64,000 nucleotides of DNA from assembly GCA_043821285.1 (NCBI GenBank), contig JBDRCZ010000109.1, positions 4,302 to 68,301 on the forward strand, read 5' to 3'. Positions 29,278 to 37,342 of the stretch are shown piece by piece. The notes under the pieces were generated by a model, which was not told the origin of the DNA, made no database searches, and saw only the letters and a list, made by a program, of their open reading frames with translations. The DNA is from Candidatus Omnitrophota bacterium (GTDB taxonomy: Bacteria; Omnitrophota; Gorgyraeia; B26-G9; JBDRCZ01). Within the stretch, counting starts at the first letter, position 1. Each line of letters opens with the position of its first letter. The translations under genes and the position numbers were made by a program.

Positions 29278-29718
29278 ACCACGAAGCGCACGAAGGCCAC
29301 GAAGAAAAAAGAAGGTATTGTGAAATTTGATGAGTTGTCAAATAGGATAATTGGTTTAACGATTGAGGTTCATAAGGGACTGGGGCCTGGATTGTTGGAA
29401 AACACGTATAAGCAATGCTTAGCTTATGAATTAAGGCAGGCAGGTATTAATTTTCAAATGGAGAGTGAATTGTACCTGTACAATACAAGAAGATACGTAT
29501 CCCTTGTGGATACCGTGTAGATTTTATAGTAGAAGACAATCTAATCATAGAATTAAAAAGCGTTGATGAAATACATCCAATACATGAAGCACAGTTAATA
29601 ACCTATATGAAATTTGCGAAGGTAAAGATTGGGTTATTGATAAATTTTAACGAAAGACTTCTTAAGAAGGGCATAAAAAGATTTGTTCTATAAAAACTTA
29701 CTTCGTGCCCTTCGTGGT
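29278..29718 (+). mobile_element. Inverted-repeat-bounded GxxExxY element, near full length
   Basis: accacgaagcgcacgaaggccacgaag (29278-29304) / cttcgtgcccttcgtggt (29701-29718), 17 of 18 complementary, enclosing only the GxxExxY gene. Confidence 0.8.
29320..29693 (+). pseudogene. GxxExxY protein (PDDEXK_3-like), single frameshift near 29470
   Basis: Frame 1: IIGLTIEVHKGLGPGLLENTYKQCLAYEL; shifted frame: PVQYKK...YRVDFIVEDNLIIELKSV...HEAQLITYMK...GLLINFNERLLKKGIKRFVL*. Confidence 0.9.
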
Positions 29719-29743
29719 TCAAAATTTAGAAAAAATCTAAAAT

Positions 29744-31390
29744 ATGAAACGACATGAGTTTGATATTGTGATTGTTGCTTCTCCTCCATGGGCAATATCT
29801 TTGCCGCCTTTAGGCGTGGCCTATTTAAGTACTAATTTAGGTAAAAGGGGTATGAATTGCTTTGTGTATGATTTAAATTTAGAACTTTATGAAATTGCAG
29901 CTATTGCTAAAAGAAGACATTGGGATTTAGAAATAATTAATAATTTTAGCCCGGAAGACATAGGAGATAATTTATTTGAAGATTTTAAGGTTAATTTATC
30001 GGATTTATTAGCCATATCCAGAAAAACCGGGGTGCTTGCCTTTTCGGTTAACAGTCATATTAGTTGTGCCTTTTCCGCTAAGGTTGCCAGGTGTATGAAA
30101 AATGTTTATCCGGATAAAATCATAATTTTTGGCGGGCCGGGCTGCTATCATAGCTGGGATAGAAGGTTTGTAAATAAAGGAGCAGTAGATTTTTTTATTA
30201 TTGGCGAGGGGGAACATGCATTGTTTAATTTATTAGAGGCAATATTTCAAAACCGGGGTGTGAAAAATATTGCTGGTGTTATTGACAATAATCAGGAAGA
30301 TAACTATGGATTTACCCCGGCAGAAACCATAAGAAATTTAGATGAACTAACACATCCTGATTTTAGGGAATTTGATCTTAACCGTTATCAAAAATATTTA
30401 TCCGCATATCCGAAGGATCGGGCACTGCCAATACTTATAAGCCGGGGCTGTGTAAATAGATGTAGTTTTTGTATTGACTATTATATGCAGGGCAATTTTC
30501 GCAGCCGCAGGCCGGAAGATGTAGTAAAGGAAATCATTTTTCATATGACACATAATCATACCCAGCGGTTTGAATTCAATGATTTATTATGTAATGGTAA
30601 TTTAAACAGGTTAGAAGCGATGTGTGATTTAATCATAAAAAACGGACTTAAAATTAGTTGGAGCAGTTATGCGACAATCCGCAGGGATATGAATAAGGAA
30701 CTCTTTGTAAAGATGAGGAAAGCAGGATGTGTTTCATTATGTTATGGTATGGAAAGTGCCTCAGACAAAATCCTTGGTTTAATGAACAAAAAATATACTT
30801 CCCATGATGCACAAACGTTACTTACCGCAACAAAAGAGGCAGGTATTTCGCCACACATAAACATAATTGTCGGATTTCCGCAAGAAGAAGATGTAGATTA
30901 TATAAAAACATATGATTTTTTAATTGAAAATAAAAAGTATATTGATAACGTAGCAAATGTATCATCTTTTGTACTAATGCCGGCATCAGAGGTGGGAGTA
31001 TATCCCAAAAGGTATGGTATTGAAAGGTTAAATGGGAATTTAGGTTGGGTTGATAATAACGGCCTGGATTTAGAAAAACGTATCTTTCGGCTGAATAAAA
31101 TATCACAGTTAATAACAGAGCTTAATATTTCAACTAAGATAATAAATATCCCAGAGTATGCAAAAGTGCCAGAAGTAGATATCATTATACCCTGCAAAAA
31201 TGAAGATATGATGACTTTACTACCAAGCTCTTTATACGATCGGCGGGAGCGCGGAAATTTATTTTTGGAAAAGGTCAGACGGAATAAAATCTATCGTTTT
31301 TTAATTATTTTATTTTTGCTGAGTTACACAGTATTTATTCAGGTCTATTTTTATCTACTGGGGATAATCAGAAAGATTGTGAAAGAATAG
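29744..31390 (+). CDS. Cobalamin-binding radical SAM protein
   Basis: PPLGVAYL, FGGPG, GEGE, SRGCVNRCSFC, GMESAS; hydrophobic C-terminus. Confidence 0.88.
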   Translation: MKRHEFDIVIVASPPWAISLPPLGVAYLSTNLGKRGMNCFVYDLNLELYEIAAIAKRRHWDLEIINNFSPEDIGDNLFEDFKVNLSDLLAISRKTGVLAFSVNSHISCAFSAKVARCMKNVYPDKIIIFGGPGCYHSWDRRFVNKGAVDFFIIGEGEHALFNLLEAIFQNRGVKNIAGVIDNNQEDNYGFTPAETIRNLDELTHPDFREFDLNRYQKYLSAYPKDRALPILISRGCVNRCSFCIDYYMQGNFRSRRPEDVVKEIIFHMTHNHTQRFEFNDLLCNGNLNRLEAMCDLIIKNGLKISWSSYATIRRDMNKELFVKMRKAGCVSLCYGMESASDKILGLMNKKYTSHDAQTLLTATKEAGISPHINIIVGFPQEEDVDYIKTYDFLIENKKYIDNVANVSSFVLMPASEVGVYPKRYGIERLNGNLGWVDNNGLDLEKRIFRLNKISQLITELNISTKIINIPEYAKVPEVDIIIPCKNEDMMTLLPSSLYDRRERGNLFLEKVRRNKIYRFLIILFLLSYTVFIQVYFYLLGIIRKIVKE

Positions 31391-31498
31391 TATTATATTG
31401 ATAATAAAAAAACGTGAAAAGAATAAACCAGATCACTCAGATAGTTAGTCTGATAAAAAAAACCACGGATTAACACGGATTGGACAGGGGAGAGCAAA

Positions 31499-32647
31499 AT
31501 GCATATTTTGATGGTACATCCGCATGATATTACCTCGCCGCATGAACCATGGACCACACGTATCACGAATATTGCCCAGGAATTTATCAAACAGGGGCAT
31601 CAGGTCAAACTAATATGTTTTGCCTATGAAGATACACATCTCTCATCCCGGCAGCAGGTTAATGGATATGAAGTAAGCATGTTATCAAGGAAGATGGGGG
31701 TAATAAATTTATTTAAAAATATTGTGTTTATATATAAACAAGCAGCCGGAGCCGATATTATACATTTTCAAAAATGTTTCTGGTGGGCGGCATTGCCCTG
31801 TTTAATTGCCGGGTGGTTATTAAATAAGCCGGTACATTATGACTGGGATGATTGGGAGCTGAAGATTTATTATTATGGCAGAAAACAATCAAAGATTTTA
31901 GGTGCATTTTTAGCAATTTGGGAAAGGCTGATTTTGGAAACAGCGGATACAATATCTTGTTCCAGCAAAAGACTTAGCGATGAATGTAGAAGAATCGGCA
32001 TAGCAGATAAAAGATTATTTGAAGCGCATGTGGGCGCAGATATTGAGCTGTTTAATCCGCACATTTCAGGATTAAGAGTACGGGAAAAATATAATATAAG
32101 TTCTCCTTTGGTGTTATATTTAGGCCAGTTGCATGGTGGACAATATGTAGAACTTTTTATTAAAGCGGCAAAATTAGTTACCATGCTTGAACATAAGGTT
32201 ATGTTTATGATTATCGGAGAGGGGTATCGCAGGAGAGAATTAGAACTGCTTGCTGAAAGATTAGGTATTAACAATCAGATTATTTTTACTGGATATATTC
32301 AGCATAAGGTTATTCCTGAGCATATCGCCGCAAGTGACATTTGCGTTGCCTGTTTTGAGGATAATGCGATTACCCAGTGCAAAAGCCCGTTAAAAATAGC
32401 CGAATACTTAGCAATGGGAAAACCCATAGGTGCCAGTTGTGTAGGCGAGGTAAGACGTATGGTTGGAGGGGTGGGGATTTTGGTTCCACCGGGTGATGCT
32501 TGGGCTCTCTCTGAGGGCATATTGAGAGTTTTACACGATGTTAGCCTAAGAGAACGAATGAGTCTTTTATCACGTGAGCGTGCAGAATTAGAATATAATT
32601 GGAAGGTAACCGCTAATAATCTATTATGCGCGTATAAAAATCAATAA
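31499..32647 (+). CDS. GT4 glycosyltransferase
   Basis: YDWDDWE, YLGQL, KSPLKIAEYLAMGKP. Confidence 0.87.
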   Translation: MHILMVHPHDITSPHEPWTTRITNIAQEFIKQGHQVKLICFAYEDTHLSSRQQVNGYEVSMLSRKMGVINLFKNIVFIYKQAAGADIIHFQKCFWWAALPCLIAGWLLNKPVHYDWDDWELKIYYYGRKQSKILGAFLAIWERLILETADTISCSSKRLSDECRRIGIADKRLFEAHVGADIELFNPHISGLRVREKYNISSPLVLYLGQLHGGQYVELFIKAAKLVTMLEHKVMFMIIGEGYRRRELELLAERLGINNQIIFTGYIQHKVIPEHIAASDICVACFEDNAITQCKSPLKIAEYLAMGKPIGASCVGEVRRMVGGVGILVPPGDAWALSEGILRVLHDVSLRERMSLLSRERAELEYNWKVTANNLLCAYKNQ

Positions 32648-32648
32648 A

Positions 32649-33728
32649 ATGAAAATAATTTTTATAACCCGAGAAGGATATCAGATGCCCGCGGCAAGGG
32701 TGCGCTGTTATAATTTTGCCATAGAGTTGAAAAAATATGGGGTTAAAACAGATGTTTTATCATATTATGACCATATTGAAACTAAAGAAGAATATAAATT
32801 TACTTTTTTAGATAAGGTAAAATTAAATTTAACGGTTTTTAACAGATTATCTAAGGAGGAAAATAGCGTTTTTTTCCTGCAGCGGTTTAATTATCATAGT
32901 TTTGGGCCGTATCTGGCAAAATTTATTAATAAAAACAAACTGATTTTTGATTTAGACGATTGGGAAATTCGGGAAAACCCGCGATATATCCTAAATATTT
33001 GGCCGACGTCTAAAGCAGAATTTTTGACTAAGACAATTGCCAGGCGGGCAAATTGCTGTATTGCGGCCAGCCATTTCCTTTTCGATTATTTGAAGCAGTA
33101 TAACAAAAATGTCTATTATCTACCAACCGGTGTTGATACAACTTTATTTTGCCTTAATGGCGAGGCGCAAAATAATGATGTTGTATTTTCGTGGATTGGC
33201 ACAATACACCGGCCGGATAATGTAGAAAATATTAAATTTATTATTGATTGTTTTAACAAACTAAGCGATAAATATAAGAATATAAGGCTGGAAATAACCG
33301 GAGATGGGGGATATTATCATCAGGTAAAATCAGCAGTAAAAAATGCCGGCAGTAATAGAATTGTGCTAAATAAATGGATAGACCCGAATAGTATGCCGGC
33401 ATATTTAGAACAGATAGACGTAGGTCTTTTGCCCTTAGTTCAGAATACAAAATTTAATCTTGCCAAAAGCCCGGTAAAATTATTTGAATACATGGCAATG
33501 GCAAAACCGGTGATTGCAAGTTATATTGGTGAGGCCGCACAGATTATAACAGATAGACGGACTGGGTTTTTAGCTAAAAATAAAGAAGAATTTATTGAGT
33601 GGATGGAGTTTTTGATAACTAATCCGGAGATAAGAAAAAATATAGGACAAGAAGCAAGAAAAGCGGTAATGAGATATTCTCTAGGCACTTTAATTGCAGA
33701 ACTTTCTCAAATAATACAAAAGATATAA
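32649..33728 (+). CDS. GT4 glycosyltransferase
   Basis: ARVRCY, FDLDD, KSPVKLFEYMAMAKP. Confidence 0.87.
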   Translation: MKIIFITREGYQMPAARVRCYNFAIELKKYGVKTDVLSYYDHIETKEEYKFTFLDKVKLNLTVFNRLSKEENSVFFLQRFNYHSFGPYLAKFINKNKLIFDLDDWEIRENPRYILNIWPTSKAEFLTKTIARRANCCIAASHFLFDYLKQYNKNVYYLPTGVDTTLFCLNGEAQNNDVVFSWIGTIHRPDNVENIKFIIDCFNKLSDKYKNIRLEITGDGGYYHQVKSAVKNAGSNRIVLNKWIDPNSMPAYLEQIDVGLLPLVQNTKFNLAKSPVKLFEYMAMAKPVIASYIGEAAQIITDRRTGFLAKNKEEFIEWMEFLITNPEIRKNIGQEARKAVMRYSLGTLIAELSQIIQKI

Positions 33729-33793
33729 ACATAATATTTAATTTGTCATAATCAATATCTTTTAAATTCATGCATTATTGAGGATCATCTGTA

Positions 33794-33945
33794 GGTAGTG
33801 TCAAAGATTCTATGAAAGAATTGAAAGCAACCACAGATTATGCAGATAGTTATAAATATTTGCAGGGGGGAAGAAATTCGAGAAAATCTGTGGTTGCCTG
33901 TGCCCTATGGGTACTTAAAAATATACGAAAGTTTTTGACAAAACC
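33794..33945. mobile_element. 152-bp miniature inverted-repeat element with perfect 8-bp target-site duplication
   Basis: Termini ggtagtgtcaaa / tttgacaaaacc; catctgta at 33786-33793 and 33946-33953; inner gcaaccacagatt...aatctgtggttgc hairpin. Confidence 0.88.
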
Positions 33946-33968
33946 CATCTGTATATAAGGAGAATAAA

Positions 33969-34988
33969 ATGAATATAGAGACTAAAATAATATGTACAAT
34001 TGGGCCGGCTAGCCGGGATAAAGAGAAGATTATTAAGATGTCTAAGGCGGGAATGAGTGTTGCCCGGCTTAATTTTTCTCATGGCAGTATAGAAGACCAT
34101 CAAAAGACGTTTGATTTTATAAAAGCAGTCAATAAACAGTTTAATTTTGATATAAAGACACTGCTGGACTTGGAAGGTTATCGTGTAAGGGTTGGCAGGC
34201 TTAAACAGCCGATTATGCTTAAGGAAAAACAAAAAATTTGGCTGGGCAGTGATTCAAAAGAATCTGCATCAAATATACCGCTTGATTCGGATATTGAAAT
34301 ATCGGCTATTTCCAAGGGAATGGAGGTTTTTATTAATGATGGGCTGGTTGCATTAAAGGTTATTGCCTGTTCGAAAAAGAAAGTTCAACTCGAAGTAGTA
34401 CATGGCGGTCTAATTAGTTCGAAAAAGGGTATTAATATCCCCGGACTAAGGCTTAAAACCAATATTTTAACGGACAAAGATAAAAAAGATATCGAGGTGG
34501 GCATTTTAAACAAAGTGGACTATATTGCACAGTCATTTGTGCGCAGCAGTCGTGATATTTTGCGGGTAGCAAAAAAGGTAAAACCTCATCTGCCGGATTG
34601 TAAGATAATTGCTAAAATTGAAAATAGGGATGGTGTCAAAAATATTGACGGTATCATTGATGCCTGTGATGGGATTATGGTGGCCAGGGGTGACTTGGGG
34701 GTGACCTTACCGATTTATAAAATACCGTTTATCCAAAAATACATTATCCGCCGCGCCAACCGGATGAAAAGGTTCGTGGTAACCGCAACACAGATGCTGG
34801 AAAGTATGACAGAGCATCCCCGGCCAACGCGGGCAGAAGTTAGTGATGTTGCCAATGCAGTCTTAGATGGGACTGATTTTGTGATGCTTTCCGCAGAAAC
34901 TGCCGTGGGTAAGTTTCCCGTCGAAGCAGTTAATATGATGTCGCAGATAATCAGTTTTACGGAAAAGACACAAAGATTAAAATATTAA
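33969..34988 (+). CDS. pyk: Pyruvate kinase (short, no C domain)
   Basis: [59 protein letters not shown]. Confidence 0.93.
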   Translation: MNIETKIICTIGPASRDKEKIIKMSKAGMSVARLNFSHGSIEDHQKTFDFIKAVNKQFNFDIKTLLDLEGYRVRVGRLKQPIMLKEKQKIWLGSDSKESASNIPLDSDIEISAISKGMEVFINDGLVALKVIACSKKKVQLEVVHGGLISSKKGINIPGLRLKTNILTDKDKKDIEVGILNKVDYIAQSFVRSSRDILRVAKKVKPHLPDCKIIAKIENRDGVKNIDGIIDACDGIMVARGDLGVTLPIYKIPFIQKYIIRRANRMKRFVVTATQMLESMTEHPRPTRAEVSDVANAVLDGTDFVMLSAETAVGKFPVEAVNMMSQIISFTEKTQRLKY

Positions 34989-35086
34989 TTTGGAAATAAA
35001 AAACAGGCATATGCACTTGACACCCCCAGCATTAGTGTAGAATAGTCTTCTATGGAGGACTATCCGAAAACTTCATTTAAAAGTCC

Positions 35087-35115
35087 TTGACACTAAAATA
35101 AGAATGTAGTATATT
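35087..35115 (+). promoter_or_regulatory. Sigma70-type promoter of the rimP-nusA-infB operon
   Basis: TTGACA-17 nt-TATATT. Confidence 0.6.
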
Positions 35116-35146
35116 AGTTGATGCCTGGTTAAATGCTTAAGTGCTT

Positions 35147-35173
35147 AAGTGGGTGTGTTTCCCCACTTTTTTT
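35147..35173 (+). promoter_or_regulatory. rimP-leader-like terminator hairpin
   Basis: aagtggg...cccactt followed by a T run directly before the rimP ATG. Confidence 0.6.
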
Positions 35174-35179
35174 ATTAAT

Positions 35180-35644
35180 ATGGAAAAATTGGTGGTTGAC
35201 AAAATTAAAGAGTTGATTGAAAACACTATAACCGGCACGAAAATTGAATTGGTAGATCTGGTCTTTCACCGAGAAAGTGTGGGACTGGTTTTGCGGGTGC
35301 TTGTTGATAAACCAGGCGGGATTACGCTTGATGAATGTGCCGAGATTAACCGGGATCTGAGTATGGAGCTTGATGCATCCAGTGTTATTGATGAAAAATA
35401 TGTATTGGAAGTTTCTTCCCCGGGGTTGGACCGGGATTTGAAAACAGAAAAAGATTTTATGCGGGTGCGGGGGGAAACCATAAAAATTGTGACCCGTCAG
35501 CCAATTGCAAAATCAAATGTGTTTATTGGTAAACTTTATAATGCAAAAGAAGGCAAGGTGCTTATACTGACAGAAACAAGTAAACTCATAGAAATAGCCC
35601 AAGAACAAATTGTGCGGGCAAAACGGTATTTTAGTAACGATTAA
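35180..35644 (+). CDS. rimP: Ribosome maturation factor RimP
   Basis: LRVLVDKPGGITLDEC, YVLEVSSPGLDR; ATG 35180 preferred. Confidence 0.93.
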   Translation: MEKLVVDKIKELIENTITGTKIELVDLVFHRESVGLVLRVLVDKPGGITLDECAEINRDLSMELDASSVIDEKYVLEVSSPGLDRDLKTEKDFMRVRGETIKIVTRQPIAKSNVFIGKLYNAKEGKVLILTETSKLIEIAQEQIVRAKRYFSND

Positions 35645-35817
35645 AGTAAACGAATTATAACTATGTATTGAGTATTGTGTATTGAGCATAAAAACTAAAA
35701 AAAAGGTTTTTGTTTTTTGTATCTGCTAAGGTAAATGACTAGAAAATGCAACGCATTTTCCGATTATGAAGTTATCCCGCAGCAGGCTATCGGGGGAGCT
35801 TCATTGAGGGGAGATAA

Positions 35818-36963
35818 ATGAACGGGGAAATATTATCTATTCTGTATAATATTGAGCGGGAAAAAGGTATTGACCGGGAAGTATTACTGCAGGCAGTGGA
35901 ATCCGCAGTTTTATCTGCCGTGAGAAAAAAATATGGTCCGTATGAAGAGATCCGGGTTGAGCTTGATCGTAAGACTGGTAAGATAAATGTAGTTTCCCCT
36001 AATGGAGAGCCGGTTGATTCCGCTGATTTTGGACGGATTGCTGCGCAGACGGCAAAACAGGTAATTATTCAAAAAATTCGTGAAGCCGAGCGTGATGTGA
36101 TCTATAATGAGTTCTTAGCACGTGTCGGCGATATCACTAATGGTTCGGTACACCGGGTTGAACGTACCGGTATTATCGTGGATTTGGGCAGAACCGAGGC
36201 AATATTGCCGTACCGGGAGCTTATCCCTAAAGAAAGATATAAACAGGGTGACCGCGTGCGTGCTTATATTATGGAAGTAAAACGAGCACCGAAAGGGCCG
36301 CAAATTATTCTCTCCCGTACGCACTCCGGTTTTATCCGGCGTTTATTTGAGCTTGAGGTTCCGGAAATACACCAGGGAATTGTGGAACTGAAAGCTGTTT
36401 CCCGTGAGGCCGGTGACCGTACTAAGGTTGCAGTTTGGTCGAATGACCAGCGCGTTGATTGTGTTGGTGCATGTGTGGGAATGCGCGGTTCGCGGATTAA
36501 AAATATTGTGCGTGAGCTTAAATCGGAAAAAATCGATATTGTCAGGTGGAGTAATAGTATAAAAGAATATGTCACTAATGCTTTAAGTCCAGCAAAAATT
36601 TTGGATATTAAAATAAATGAGGCAGGAAAAAAAACGGATGTTGATGTTAGTGATGATCAGTTATCACTGGCAATTGGTAAGAAAGGACAAAATGTAAGAT
36701 TAGCCGCGAAACTTACCGGCTGGAGTATAGATATTCATAGTGAAAGAAAAACTAATGTCTTGGAAAAATTGACGATAAAAAAAGAAAAGGACTCAATATC
36801 GAAAATTCCCGGAGTAGGACTAAAGACACTAAAGGCACTGCAGGAAGCCGGGATTACGGACTTGAATGCAATTGTTAATTTAACGGAAAAAGATTTACTG
36901 AAAATTAAAGGTGTTGGTAAAAAGACGGCGAAGAATATTATTTTAGCGGTGCAAAAGGGTTAA
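35818..36963 (+). CDS. nusA: Transcription factor NusA
   Basis: FGRIAAQTAKQVI, FELEVPEI, GACVGMRGSRI, AIGKKGQNVRLA; C-terminal HhH pairs. Confidence 0.96.
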   Translation: MNGEILSILYNIEREKGIDREVLLQAVESAVLSAVRKKYGPYEEIRVELDRKTGKINVVSPNGEPVDSADFGRIAAQTAKQVIIQKIREAERDVIYNEFLARVGDITNGSVHRVERTGIIVDLGRTEAILPYRELIPKERYKQGDRVRAYIMEVKRAPKGPQIILSRTHSGFIRRLFELEVPEIHQGIVELKAVSREAGDRTKVAVWSNDQRVDCVGACVGMRGSRIKNIVRELKSEKIDIVRWSNSIKEYVTNALSPAKILDIKINEAGKKTDVDVSDDQLSLAIGKKGQNVRLAAKLTGWSIDIHSERKTNVLEKLTIKKEKDSISKIPGVGLKTLKALQEAGITDLNAIVNLTEKDLLKIKGVGKKTAKNIILAVQKG

Positions 36964-37038
36964 TGCTAAAAGCTTCGTAAAAGAACAAAATACAACCATA
37001 TTTCACATAGACAGTTAAACTGATATAAAAGAAGATAG

Positions 37039-37327
37039 AGCCACAGATTGACACTGATTGATCACGGATGAAAAAAAGATGAGACTAAATATATCTAGAC
37101 CACGGATAACACGAATTGACACGAATGGAAAAATATTCATTGTTCAGAGATGAGACTTATAAAATAATCGGAGTATATTTTGAAGATTATTTGGCAGTTA
37201 GCCCAAACTTTCAGATGAAAGACTTGTTATTAAGCTATTCGTGATAATTTGTGCAATTAGTGGTAAAAAAAGAGTCTAAGAGATTTGAATATTAGAGTTG
37301 GCACAACATCCGTGTAAATCCGTGGCT
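37039..37327 (+). mobile_element. Nested inverted-repeat elements; inner one (37099-37264) holds an internally deleted GxxExxY gene
   Basis: Outer agccacagattgacactgattgatcacggat / atccgtgtaaatccgtggct; inner ATG 37125 MEKYSLFRDETYKIIGVYFE then shifted FGS*PKLSDERLV. Confidence 0.72.
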
Positions 37328-37342
37328 AAAAAAGGAATAATT

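Noticed and set aside
29460-29480. Programmed frameshift in the GxxExxY gene
   Set aside because: No slippery heptamer at the shift; a 2-nt insertion or sequencing error is simpler.
29268-29730. Target-site duplication around the GxxExxY-only elements (also 59779 and 37099)
   Set aside because: Flanks are just A/T runs and no convincing direct repeat is visible.
35017-35043. Second promoter TTGACA...TAGAAT
   Set aside because: Spacer is only 15 nt; the 35087 candidate fits better.
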